64,000 nt of DNA from Clostridia bacterium (GTDB taxonomy: Bacteria > Bacillota > Clostridia > Oscillospirales > CAG-382): positions 3,635 to 67,634 of the forward strand of contig JAGAUT010000079.1 of NCBI GenBank assembly GCA_017620655.1. Direction: 5' to 3'. Of the stretch, positions 1 through 9,705 are shown piece after piece (the stretch's first letter is position 1; every line of letters begins with the position of its first letter). The position numbers and the translations under genes are program-made. The notes below the pieces were generated by a model that saw nothing but the letters and a program-made list of their open reading frames with translations, did no database searches and was not told where the DNA came from.

Positions 1-1286
1 CTTGTACGCTTTGTCTGTGCCGACCAATTTGAAGAATCGTTTCCGAACGAATCACTGAAAAATCCATAGTCCTTATGATCAACATAAAGATCTTCTTCAT
101 TGAAGTCCTCATTGGGCAGTACAGGTACGGTTACCTTGGCACAAAACAGCTTTTCGGCATCAGAATCCGAAAGCTCCTTGGGAACGTCCCGTTTGATTTT
201 CTCAATCTGTCCGTCTACAAGCTCTATTGAGTTATTAAGCTTATTTACATATGCCGAAACGATGGAATTAAGTGATTTTTCGTTATTTTCACTTTCAAGG
301 CAATACAGCTTTCTGGGCTGAATAGCTCCGCCGGGAACCTCATTAAGTGAAAACAGAAGGAGATTGTACAAAAAGCGTATACGGTCGTATCTGTAATTCT
401 GATGTGTATTTGGAAGAATATCGGATGCTATAAATCTCATTTTGTCGAAATACATATTTCTTCCGACAAAATCGGAATATTCCTGTCCGATATGGGTTTC
501 CCAGTATACACGGTCATCGAAGAATCCAGTTTCGGTGGTTCTTTCCGCAAAGCAGAATACTTCTGCGGGAAGAGCTATGCCCATCGAGCTTTTTTTACTT
601 GTAAGACCGTCGCCCGGAAGCATCTGTTCAAGACATTCTGCTCTGAGACTGCTCTTGAGCTTATCCTGCTCAAGGTGATACAAGCGGTCAAGCTCCAAAA
701 GATATTTTTCGAAATTCATGCGATCAAGAACTTTATCGAAAAAGTCAATTGCCTCATGTTTTTCTGCAGGATTGTTGCTCTGCAAACCGTCCGGAGCAAA
801 GCAAAGGCATGTCACAAGTCTCTGAAAAGGATAGCTGAGTGCATCTCTGAAGATTTCAGTATTATCCCTGAGGCGAGCGTTTATACGCTCGCCGCAGTCG
901 TTTTTCCACTTTTCAAAAGATTCCTGAGACAAAACTTCAAAATCGGTTTCTTCGGACGACACATCATCTCTGATATCTGTCTCATCAAGGGGATTTACCA
1001 GCTTATTTTTTTCTGCACACTCAAGAATTCTGTCGTAGCCGATGGCATCGAAAGGATTCTGTAAGAGCGAAAGGCTGTCATCCTTAAGAATTACTGCACG
1101 CCATGTTGCATGTCTTCCGACCTTTTTTACAAGAGAAGGAACACATTCGTATAAGTTTTTTCCCTCGGGATTCCATTCACAAAACGCAAACTCTTTATTT
1201 AATCTGTCAAGAAACGGCTTGAAATACAGTTTATTCTGTTCAATCGCGTCAAAATGCTTTTTTTCAGCTATTATGACAGTGTACAT
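1..1286 (-). CDS. Large uncharacterised protein, 4th gene of the vWA/tubulin-like operon (3' end beyond window; not in ORF track)
   Basis: ATG at 1286 with GGAGG RBS 8 nt upstream (1295-1299). Reads MYTVIIAEKKHFDAIEQNKLYFKPFLDRLNKEFAFCEWNPEG..., and my manual translation found no stop before the window edge. Starts 34 bp after the stop of the tubulin-like gene. Confidence 0.85.
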   Translation of the reverse strand, partial: MYTVIIAEKKHFDAIEQNKLYFKPFLDRLNKEFAFCEWNPEGKNLYECVPSLVKKVGRHATWRAVILKDDSLSLLQNPFDAIGYDRILECAEKNKLVNPLDETDIRDDVSSEETDFEVLSQESFEKWKNDCGERINARLRDNTEIFRDALSYPFQRLVTCLCFAPDGLQSNNPAEKHEAIDFFDKVLDRMNFEKYLLELDRLYHLEQDKLKSSLRAECLEQMLPGDGLTSKKSSMGIALPAEVFCFAERTTETGFFDDRVYWETHIGQEYSDFVGRNMYFDKMRFIASDILPNTHQNYRYDRIRFLYNLLLFSLNEVPGGAIQPRKLYCLESENNEKSLNSIVSAYVNKLNNSIELVDGQIEKIKRDVPKELSDSDAEKLFCAKVTVPVLPNEDFNEEDLYVDHKDYGFFSDSFGNDSSNWSAQTKRT

Positions 1287-1320
1287 AAAGCATACCTCCG
1301 TTTTATTTCTGATAGATTAA

Positions 1321-4300
1321 TTATCTTGAACGCTTTGCGATATGGTCGAGAAGTGTCTCGTAATCTTCGGGTTCGGGTGCAGAACGAACTTCTTCCTGAA
1401 TCTTTCTTCTGATAACATCAAGAACTTCGTTATCTTCAATGCGCTCAGGAACATTGATTTCAGGATGTTCAACATAAAGGTGGTAGTTATTCTGGAGCAA
1501 GTCAAACTCGTTTACGAGTCTGTCGCAAAGAACAAACTTTACGTCCTCTTCCTTTTCCCATGTTTCATATTCTTCTCTGAATACGCTGATTACAGCATCA
1601 ACCATAGCATTGAGTTCGGAAATGTATCTGCTGGAATTGGGGAGAGAATAATAATAGATAAGCGGAATCGCAAAGAGGCTGGTTGTGTTTTCTGTAAATC
1701 TACCTTCAAAGTCGGGATTGTTCTTCTTTTCCAATGCATTCTTCTGAATTTCTTCCGCGAGCTTTGAAAGTTCCTTTGCAGACAGAGGAGCAGCTTTTCT
1801 CTTGCCATCATAGAATGTAAACATGTCAAAGTTAGCCATATCCTTGAAGAATTCGGTTTCTTCATAGTTACAGTTCTTCATGATACTCATTGCGCGCTTA
1901 CGCTGCTTAACTACTTCGTTGATATCCTCAACTACCTTTGCATTTACATAGAGAGCATCGAGGATTTCATAGAACTCATCACAAAGAGTACCGTTTGAAA
2001 CAACGAGAGACTCAAAGCGGTCGATGGAGTTCTTATAGTTGTATACAAGCTTACCGCCTGCCTTGAGGGAGAGAGGATTGTGCTGGATAGCATCGTGAAC
2101 GATACCATAGATAAACGCCTTATGAATATCAAGAATAATGTTCTGCTGGTATTCGTCATCAATTTCAGGCATAACCTTAATGCTGTCCCAACGCTTATCG
2201 ATATGTGTCGACATAGCGGCATTCTTTGTGGAATCGGGACCTATGCTCTTGGAATAGCTATGGTAAGCCTTATGGTATGTACCGGATTCCTTCTTACCTG
2301 TTTCTGTTGTGTAAGGAGCCGCAAACTTCTTGAGCTTATCGGGAGTTACATTATAAAGAGCGTTGAAGAAACGGATTTCATACTTGGATACAGATTCGCA
2401 GGGATCACCCTTTTCAAGGAGAACCTTAACATTGAACTGACGGTTATCTGTAAGGCTTGTGTTATAAGCACAACGGTTGATTTCTCTGGGTTCTACGTTG
2501 AGCATTCTCTGGATGGAGGGAGCTGCAATTCTTGAACCCATGGCAATCTTTGTCTTGAGGTAGGATTCAGCATCACTCTGCTTGAAAATGAATTCTGTGC
2601 CGTTTGCACGAGCCTTCAAACCTTCAATAAGCTTATATTCAAGAACAATAGAGTTGATAACATCGACATTGATTTCTTCGCACTTTTCGCAGATTTCATC
2701 CTTAAAGTAACCCATAAGAATGTCGTCAAAGATATCCTTATGACGGTTTTCGATGGAAAGATCGTCGCCTGCGATGGCTCTTTCCATGTTGAATACTGCA
2801 TTCTTCTTAACCTGATCGAAGATAGCGCCGTTGATTTCGGAACTGAGAAGTGTGGATTCCTGAGAAATCTTGCTGAGAGATGTACGGCTGAGTTCAGCAA
2901 GCACATCACCGTCAGAGCAGATATTCATAACGGAGTCGCCCTTCTTATACTTGAGTTCGTTTGCGATATCGTCCTTCACGCGGCTGAGTCTCTTAACCTT
3001 TTCTTCAAAAGAACCGAAGAAGCTTTCATATTCTTCTGCATATGCCTTGATATAGCTGTATGCCTTTTCGTAAGCTGCATGCTTAGCTTCTTCGTTACAG
3101 AATGCCTTTGCCTTTCTGAAGTAATTGGGAAGAGCTTCATTTGCTGTTTCGAAAAGACTGTTATATCCCTTCATCTTATCAACAAGAGAGGGATTTTCCT
3201 TTTCAAGTTCTCTGAGTCCTTCAAGACCTGTAACAGAGTTCTTTACAAACTTGAAGGAGTATTCAGCGTTTTCTGTAGCTTCGAGAGCCTTAGCGGCATC
3301 AAGATGATCGCCCTGCTTGAGTCTTTCTTCAAACTCGCTCTTGAGCTTGTAGATTATGTAACGGGCAGCACAAGGATGTGAAACGTCACCGATGCTGTTC
3401 TTGAGAAGCTTTTCAATGCTGTAATCCTCATCAATTATAGTTGTAGGTCTTTCATTGGTGAATACGCCTTCGATAAAGCGTCTTGCAATGTCGGCAACCT
3501 TATAGGAACCGTCCTTTGCCTTTTCCTTAACCTTGTTTCTGTAAGCGATAAGGCTGTCAATATTGTTGCTGAGAGAATTTTCGGGGTTAGTATAATCAAT
3601 TGTAGAGCAGAGGCTTGATGCGGCATTGAGAACGTTGAATATTGTGGGATCTTCACTTACAACAGCTTCAATCTGAGCATCAAGGTTAGCCATATACATT
3701 TCTACACGTTCATCAATGTTTTCAAGGAAAACGCCAACCATATCCTTGGAGAAGCTGTCGCCGCCGGATTTAGCCGAGCTGTCAAGATGTTCAATGTAGA
3801 ATTCGCCGAGCTTCTTAGAGGATTCAAGAGACTGGCCGCGCTTCTTCTGTTCCTTCATGTAAAGCTTATGAGCCTTATCGTATCTTGTCCACTTGGAGGA
3901 CTCGCCTTCGCCGCCGATACTGTCTGCAGCAAGGTCGCATGCAACATAGTCAACAATTCTTTCGTAAGGATAACGAACGATACCTGCACCGATACCGCCG
4001 AATCTGTTACGTCCGCGAGACTTTGCAAGTTCCTTGATGATATTATCTTCTGTGGAAGCCGCCTTTCTCTGCATAGGACCGATATTCTGTTCATATAGAG
4101 CGATGGAAGCCTGTTCCTTATACTGCTCATAGCTTGTGAGAGTACTGTCTTCAGCATCCTGTCCGTCCATAAGGAAACAGAAGTCGATAGGAAGTGTAGA
4201 GAGAGACTTGAGCTTATCGGAGCCTGCTATCGGCACGTCAACATGAAGGTCACGGTACTGCCAGAGGTCGGGATCAAGGTCAACAAAGCCCGAACCCTTC

Positions 4301-4989
4301 ATCATAAACGCATTGAGTTCCTTGATGGTAGCATAGCCGTTACGAGCCTGGCTGTCACGTTCTGTCTGGGAGTCAATAACACTGTCGAGTGTTTCGGGAA
4401 GGAGAAGGAGCGCTCTTGTAAGAAGGGCTGCATTGGGGTACTTTTCCTTAACGTAGTTTCTGATAAACATGGAGATGGGAAGGATCATACCGGAACCTGT
4501 ACCGCCGGAAGACGAGCTTGCAATGATACAACGCATTGACTGCTTGAGTTCCTTACCTGTCTTTCTGAAGAGGCTGTCGATAGCATCATAGAGAGGACGG
4601 ATTCTGCCTGTCTTGATTGTTGCATCAACTGCGAGACGGGAAATTGCACGAACCTGACCTGCACCTTCGGACATTGTCTTATCGTACATTACTGCACTCT
4701 TGGGGAACCAGCGCTTACGTGCATCTTCATCGTTGTCAAGGAATGCACCGACTGTCTGGGTTGTGGATGTCTGAATGATGTGTACAAATGGGAGTTCGTC
4801 CTTAATTCTCTTAAGGTCGTTAACGTCAGTATCCATGCAGAGGAAGCTGATGTTTTCTCTTTCAGCAGGATGACATCTCTTTGCGATTCTCTTTACAATG
4901 TCACAACCTGCACCGCCGATACCGAGGAAAAGGTACGCTGCATTGACTTCATTGGGCTTAAGGTCTTCGTTAATTCTTTTTGTTTCCAT
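1321..4989 (-). CDS. Divergent FtsZ/tubulin-like GTPase (Tubulin_2 / FtsZl-type) with long helical C-terminal region
   Basis: N-terminal FLGIGGAG, MDTD, EGAGQVR and SSSGGTGSG tubulin signature; about 850 aa of helical/coiled-coil-like C-terminus; AGGAGA RBS. Confidence 0.88.
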   Translation of the reverse strand: METKRINEDLKPNEVNAAYLFLGIGGAGCDIVKRIAKRCHPAERENISFLCMDTDVNDLKRIKDELPFVHIIQTSTTQTVGAFLDNDEDARKRWFPKSAVMYDKTMSEGAGQVRAISRLAVDATIKTGRIRPLYDAIDSLFRKTGKELKQSMRCIIASSSSGGTGSGMILPISMFIRNYVKEKYPNAALLTRALLLLPETLDSVIDSQTERDSQARNGYATIKELNAFMMKGSGFVDLDPDLWQYRDLHVDVPIAGSDKLKSLSTLPIDFCFLMDGQDAEDSTLTSYEQYKEQASIALYEQNIGPMQRKAASTEDNIIKELAKSRGRNRFGGIGAGIVRYPYERIVDYVACDLAADSIGGEGESSKWTRYDKAHKLYMKEQKKRGQSLESSKKLGEFYIEHLDSSAKSGGDSFSKDMVGVFLENIDERVEMYMANLDAQIEAVVSEDPTIFNVLNAASSLCSTIDYTNPENSLSNNIDSLIAYRNKVKEKAKDGSYKVADIARRFIEGVFTNERPTTIIDEDYSIEKLLKNSIGDVSHPCAARYIIYKLKSEFEERLKQGDHLDAAKALEATENAEYSFKFVKNSVTGLEGLRELEKENPSLVDKMKGYNSLFETANEALPNYFRKAKAFCNEEAKHAAYEKAYSYIKAYAEEYESFFGSFEEKVKRLSRVKDDIANELKYKKGDSVMNICSDGDVLAELSRTSLSKISQESTLLSSEINGAIFDQVKKNAVFNMERAIAGDDLSIENRHKDIFDDILMGYFKDEICEKCEEINVDVINSIVLEYKLIEGLKARANGTEFIFKQSDAESYLKTKIAMGSRIAAPSIQRMLNVEPREINRCAYNTSLTDNRQFNVKVLLEKGDPCESVSKYEIRFFNALYNVTPDKLKKFAAPYTTETGKKESGTYHKAYHSYSKSIGPDSTKNAAMSTHIDKRWDSIKVMPEIDDEYQQNIILDIHKAFIYGIVHDAIQHNPLSLKAGGKLVYNYKNSIDRFESLVVSNGTLCDEFYEILDALYVNAKVVEDINEVVKQRKRAMSIMKNCNYEETEFFKDMANFDMFTFYDGKRKAAPLSAKELSKLAEEIQKNALEKKNNPDFEGRFTENTTSLFAIPLIYYYSLPNSSRYISELNAMVDAVISVFREEYETWEKEEDVKFVLCDRLVNEFDLLQNNYHLYVEHPEINVPERIEDNEVLDVIRRKIQEEVRSAPEPEDYETLLDHIAKRSR

Positions 4990-5023
4990 AACTGTTCTCC
5001 TTAATTTATAGTAAATTTATTTT

Positions 5024-7588
5024 TTATTCAAACTTTATGTCATAGGACACAGTAAATTTAGTTGCTCTGCCGTTTATATCTTTTGTTCCGGAATAATTCA
5101 TTGTTCCCTGCGGGAAATTGAAATCCTTTACGCTTTCTGATGCACGGATAAGGGATCCGTCTTTCTTGCTGCGGAAGAATGACTCATTGCCAATATCCAG
5201 TTTAGCTACAGTGTTAGGATTAGGCTTTACACTTCCATTTACCACCAATGCTTTTCTCTTCTTTGAGGGAAGATATCTGTAGCTATCCTTTGCAGGAATG
5301 AGTGTTGCACTCCAGCTTGCATCGGAAAGATCTCCCGTTCCCTTGATTTTAATATCGCGTCTTTTTCCTTTTGAGGGATATCTCACGGTTGCCTTCAATG
5401 TATCAACTGTTTTGATACCAAGTTTTACCGAAACATTTACAAGTCTTATCTTCTTAGGCAAAACGGGAGTTCTGAGCCAGAGCCAGATAATAAGTGCTAT
5501 CAAAAGGATTATGAGAATCCAGAACAGCCACTTCAGCCACAAAGCAACAAGGCTGAGGGTTACTGTAAGAGCCCCTTCTGTTTCTGTCACTCTGCCGATG
5601 TGGTCGGTATATTCTGCCTTTACTCTGATGGGATAATTGCCCTCAGCTATACCCTTTGTGGGTAAAAGCTTGATAAGGTATGCAGAATTCTTCTTATCGG
5701 GTGTAACTTTATGTTCAATTCCGCCGCAATCAACCGAAAGCTTTATTGCATCAAAGTCCTGTTCGCTGAGCTTTTTGCCCTTAAAGCTGAATGATGCAAC
5801 TATCGGGCGGCTTTCTTCAATATCTTTGATTGTGATGTAGCTGTCGGGTGCATACAAATCCATATGCACGGGAACAAAATCATCTCTGATGATATACGAA
5901 AGTGTCTGCTGTACCTGAGCGTTGTCGCTGCCTTCCTTCTGATAAGAAGCATAAATGGTTACGGTACATTTGCCGCACTGCGTATCCTGAGGATTTGATG
6001 TATCCTTATAGCTTAACAAAAGATTGTAGTGATCGTCTGCAAACTCAGGTGTAATTTTTGCATAGGTTACATCTTTATCCCAATCAAGAACAACCTTTTC
6101 AAGCTCTGCTCCGGTGAGCTTACTTCCTTCATAGAAAATCTCGGCAATAAAGGGACTTCCCTTGGGGAGATCCTGCAACGAATAATAATCGTCGCCGCCT
6201 GAAATTTTAAGCTTCATGTTCCCCGCGGGCATCGGAAGAACCTTGATACCTCCAAAAGGCCAGCCAAAGTCTGTGGAGCGTTTTGTAATTGTATATCCGC
6301 TAAGATATGTAACGGTAAGATTGGCATCGAAAGTATCACCCATTTTCAAATATACATTTTCATATCCGCTATACCCATCGCAAGCAATTGGCGTCTCTTC
6401 GCCTTTGACAGAATAGGTGCCACGATATTTCGGGGTGCCAAGAAGTTCAGAAGAAATAATTACTTGTTCTTTATTATCCCACATTCCAAAACTTATCGAG
6501 TAGTCGCCCTCATAAAGAGCATCGGGATTTACATCATTTCCTTCGGAATCCGTAAATACAAAATCAAGGTCTACATCCGGCTCGTAATACACCTCAAAGG
6601 TGGGTTTTTCGCCGGAATACTGGATTTTATATTTTCCAGATTCACAACCGCCAAATGTGAGAATCTCCCCTTGAAGCGAAGTGTCGGATTCAACAACAAC
6701 CTTTCCGTTAAGCCATTTTCCCGCACCTTTTGTCGAATATTTAGTGGTAGTTTTGCTGAGTGCCTTCAAAGGCTTGCCGTTTTCGCCAACAACTTTTAAA
6801 TCGGAAATATTCTTACCCTGTGCAAACAGGATAAGCTTGCTCATTGAAATGTCAAATTCAAAGCTATCTCCCGAAATATACTTTTTGGGTAAAGTATCTC
6901 TGCCGAAAATACGGTTACACATTTCCGTTAGAGCCGAGAGAACATCCTCACTGTTCACAACATGTTTTTTTTCGAAATAATCCGATTCAGGGGTATCAGG
7001 AATTACGGCTTTCTCACCGATTCCCAGATACATGATTGTCATATCTGGACCGGCGTTGTTCTGGATGATTTCATCGAGAAGAGGCTTTGCCGCGTTTCCT
7101 TTATAATCTGTACTACCGCGTTTAAACGAATCGCCATCGGTAAGTACAACAAGATATTTATTGCCACTATTTACTTCACTAAGACCATTGATGGCGCTGT
7201 CAATACTTTCAATAGGCGTTCCCTGTGCATTCGGTGTATAAATCTCACGTATATCGGACGCCTGTTTAGCTCCGGTTATTTTCATGGGATTATCCATGGT
7301 ATACTTTTCGCCGTCAACCTCAATTTCCCACATGGGATAAATCATAAGCGTATCGCCTTCGTTAAGCATTGAAGCGAAAACTTCCATAGCGTAGGTTGCA
7401 CGGCACCACGCCTTGAGCGGTTGCCCATTGTTCTCGCTCGTCATATACATCGAACCGGAATTGTCAAAAACAATGGCTATCGTTCTTTTATCCTCAACCT
7501 TTTTGGCAGCCTCTACCCCGGTTGTTCCGATGTTTATGCATATGAAGAACAAAAACACCGCAAGCAGTGCACTTGTAAATTTCTTCAC
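5024..7588 (-). CDS. Single-pass membrane protein with extracellular vWA (MIDAS) domain, beta-rich stalk and basic cytoplasmic tail
   Basis: Signal peptide; DNSGSM (DxSxS), GTP and LTDG MIDAS motifs; TM helix WLFWILIILLIALIIWLW; Lys/Arg-rich C-terminal domain. Confidence 0.85.
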   Translation of the reverse strand: MKKFTSALLAVFLFFICINIGTTGVEAAKKVEDKRTIAIVFDNSGSMYMTSENNGQPLKAWCRATYAMEVFASMLNEGDTLMIYPMWEIEVDGEKYTMDNPMKITGAKQASDIREIYTPNAQGTPIESIDSAINGLSEVNSGNKYLVVLTDGDSFKRGSTDYKGNAAKPLLDEIIQNNAGPDMTIMYLGIGEKAVIPDTPESDYFEKKHVVNSEDVLSALTEMCNRIFGRDTLPKKYISGDSFEFDISMSKLILFAQGKNISDLKVVGENGKPLKALSKTTTKYSTKGAGKWLNGKVVVESDTSLQGEILTFGGCESGKYKIQYSGEKPTFEVYYEPDVDLDFVFTDSEGNDVNPDALYEGDYSISFGMWDNKEQVIISSELLGTPKYRGTYSVKGEETPIACDGYSGYENVYLKMGDTFDANLTVTYLSGYTITKRSTDFGWPFGGIKVLPMPAGNMKLKISGGDDYYSLQDLPKGSPFIAEIFYEGSKLTGAELEKVVLDWDKDVTYAKITPEFADDHYNLLLSYKDTSNPQDTQCGKCTVTIYASYQKEGSDNAQVQQTLSYIIRDDFVPVHMDLYAPDSYITIKDIEESRPIVASFSFKGKKLSEQDFDAIKLSVDCGGIEHKVTPDKKNSAYLIKLLPTKGIAEGNYPIRVKAEYTDHIGRVTETEGALTVTLSLVALWLKWLFWILIILLIALIIWLWLRTPVLPKKIRLVNVSVKLGIKTVDTLKATVRYPSKGKRRDIKIKGTGDLSDASWSATLIPAKDSYRYLPSKKRKALVVNGSVKPNPNTVAKLDIGNESFFRSKKDGSLIRASESVKDFNFPQGTMNYSGTKDINGRATKFTVSYDIKFE

Positions 7589-7621
7589 TGATTCTTCACT
7601 CCTTTTTGTTGCTGTGCATAT

Positions 7622-7945
7622 TTACTTTTGCTTGACGAACTCCACACCGTCTATATAAATTGAATTACCGTCTTTTTCAAAGCTCTTTACCATATCATAG
7701 CTGAGTCCGAAAAGGCTGTATGTGATTGTTATTTCATCCTTTTCAATCATGTATTCCCCGGTAACATCAACACCAAATGCGGAAACCTTTACCTTGTTAT
7801 CTTCCATAAAAGTAAATGTCTGCTTGATGAAACCGTCCGTCTGTTCATATGTGCCGTTAAGTTTTACAGCACAGGACACAAGGGTAAATACCGCAGCAAC
7901 AGCCAAAACAACTGCTGCAACTCTTTTTAAAAGTCTTTTTTTCAT
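7622..7945 (-). CDS. Small lipoprotein (beta-rich), first gene of the operon
   Basis: MKKRLLKR + hydrophobic stretch + LVSC lipobox; GGAGG RBS favours the ATG at 7945. Confidence 0.8.
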   Translation of the reverse strand: MKKRLLKRVAAVVLAVAAVFTLVSCAVKLNGTYEQTDGFIKQTFTFMEDNKVKVSAFGVDVTGEYMIEKDEITITYSLFGLSYDMVKSFEKDGNSIYIDGVEFVKQK

Positions 7946-8030
7946 AAAAACAACCTCCAAAGTTATTCTTTCTGTATCGCCTAATATTTTGTTGAAAAAT
8001 TATACAAATTTATATTTAGGGATAACAAAT

Positions 8031-8091
8031 ATTTTATCACCAAAATCGCAAAAAATCAACAATTTCGACATATTTCGGCATTTTTTCTACA
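8031..8091 (-). promoter_or_regulatory. Sigma-A promoter (TTGATT-17-TGnTAAAAT) of the vWA/tubulin operon with upstream tandem Spo0A-box-like motifs
   Basis: -10 at 8031-8036 and -35 at 8054-8059; on the minus strand TGTCGAA (8064-8070), TGCCGAA (8074-8080) and TGTAGAA (8085-8091). Confidence 0.55.
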
Positions 8092-8253
8092 TTTCTTACA
8101 AAACAGTGCCGCTTTAATTAGTTAATACGTTAATATTTGGACCGTGAATGACATTATTTTGTCAAAGAATTCGCCAAAACTCGTGTGTTGCACGGTCATG
8201 CAAGGCAAGAACCGGAACATCCGCACCGTCATCTGTCTTTTTATAAATTCCTA

Positions 8254-8282
8254 TTTACAATTCACCATGCCGGGTATATAAT
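8254..8282 (+). promoter_or_regulatory. Sigma-A promoter of lipase gene
   Basis: TTTACA-17-TATAAT. Confidence 0.6.
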
Positions 8283-8312
8283 TAATAAAAACAACTAACG
8301 AGGAAGTGAAAC

Positions 8313-9569
8313 ATGAAGCGATTATATTTGACAGGCGGAGCAATTATTCTCACTCTCATTTTAGTACTTATTCTGGTATTCAGTTGCACAAGAAACAAAG
8401 AACCCGACGCAATAATAATTCTGCCCGGCATTATGGGAAGCGATTTATTCCTTGCTGAGCAAGCCGTATACGACGGCGATGTTTATCCCGCTGATACAAA
8501 GCTATGGATTGACATAGATTCGGTAAGGAAGATTTTCAAAACAGCCGAACACATCCGAATGCTTGCACCGGAGAACAATTTCAACATCCGTCCGGATGCC
8601 CCTGTTATCAACGACCTTAAAACACTCGGAAACTACGGTGCAATGAATACATACGGTGTTTTATACAAACAGATATACTCGCAGTTCCACGACACATGTG
8701 ACGTGATACTTTACAACTATGACTGGCGCGAAGATCCCTATGAAACGGCTCGAAAGCTTGACCGATTTATATCCGAGAGAGATTATCAAAGCGTTTCCTT
8801 TGTGGCACACAGCATGGGCGGTCTTGTAGCGTCCCATTATTTTGCCATGGGCAAAACACAAAGGAGCAAAGTAAACACATTTCTTTCTCTTGGTACCCCC
8901 TATCTTGGCTCCGAGCAAGCATCAAATGCCATGCTGACAGGCAACATCAGCGGTTTTATCGCAAATGTATTTATTTCAGATGAAATAAGAAACATATGCC
9001 CAAAGCTCGATTCAATGTATGCACTGTTACCCTACGAACATCTATGGCGCAGTTCACTTGCCGTTTACGATTTAACGGGATCTGACCGTTCATTATCATT
9101 TGAAGATGAAGAACATTTACTAGAAGAGTTTGCACAAGGATACAGTCAGAAACAGCATGACACAGCAAAAAGAAACAAAGAGCTGTTATTTACCGAAAAA
9201 GGCAAGCATATAAGCGAGCTTGTTAACTCTTATTATCTTGCGGGTGACGGCCAGGAAACCGTCAGTGTAATTAATTTACCCAAGATAGCAGAGCTTTCAA
9301 ACACACTAAGCACGACTTCCAAAACATCATCGGGAGACGGCACGGTATCCTTATACAGTGCCACTGTTGCAGGAACGCTTCCCAAAAAAAGAACATTCAT
9401 CAAATCAGAGGATAAAAAAAGCAAATCCTCCCACGATTCACTCGCCGACGGAAGTGATATATCTACCATGGATTTTATCATCGAAGTTCTGAAGGGCAAT
9501 GCAGACAAGATGTCGGATTCCGATTTAGAAAGAAAATACAACATTCGCAGAGCATCAAACGATAAATGA
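8313..9569 (+). CDS. LCAT/PGAP1-like alpha/beta hydrolase (lipase/phospholipase/acyltransferase), membrane-anchored or lipoprotein
   Basis: IILPGIMGS, YDWR, AHSMGG nucleophile elbow, GTPYLGS, GDGTV, late His; N-terminal hydrophobic segment ending VFSC. Confidence 0.85.
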   Translation: MKRLYLTGGAIILTLILVLILVFSCTRNKEPDAIIILPGIMGSDLFLAEQAVYDGDVYPADTKLWIDIDSVRKIFKTAEHIRMLAPENNFNIRPDAPVINDLKTLGNYGAMNTYGVLYKQIYSQFHDTCDVILYNYDWREDPYETARKLDRFISERDYQSVSFVAHSMGGLVASHYFAMGKTQRSKVNTFLSLGTPYLGSEQASNAMLTGNISGFIANVFISDEIRNICPKLDSMYALLPYEHLWRSSLAVYDLTGSDRSLSFEDEEHLLEEFAQGYSQKQHDTAKRNKELLFTEKGKHISELVNSYYLAGDGQETVSVINLPKIAELSNTLSTTSKTSSGDGTVSLYSATVAGTLPKKRTFIKSEDKKSKSSHDSLADGSDISTMDFIIEVLKGNADKMSDSDLERKYNIRRASNDK

Positions 9570-9594
9570 TGGGCTGATGCGTAATTGACACAGC

Positions 9595-9624
9595 AAAAGC
9601 GGAGTGAATATCACTCCGCTTTTT
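9595..9624 (+). terminator. Rho-independent terminator
   Basis: AAAAGCGGAGTGA-ATA-TCACTCCGCTTTT perfect hairpin after the lipase. Confidence 0.85.
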
Positions 9625-9705
9625 ATGTTGCTGTCTTTACTTTTCAATTCGTTTATGATAAAATGAAAGCAGAAATCACAAAAAACACCAAGGAACACAA
9701 AAGAC

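Noticed and set aside
402-1064. 220-aa plus-strand ORF (also 100..321 and 1042..1320)
   Set aside because: Antisense shadow of the minus-strand gene starting at 1286, which has the RBS and operon context
2740-3381. Long plus-strand ORFs inside minus-strand genes (also 20221..20970, 28034..28585, 61109..61699)
   Set aside because: Antisense to well-supported genes; no RBS or motifs
1321-4989. Calling this gene ftsZ
   Set aside because: About three times the length of FtsZ, no T7 loop or C-terminal peptide, not in a dcw cluster
8160-8240. GC-richer patch with TTGCA-N6-TGCAA as a possible c-di-GMP riboswitch
   Set aside because: Lacks the GAAA tetraloop/GACGCAAAG core; cannot be supported
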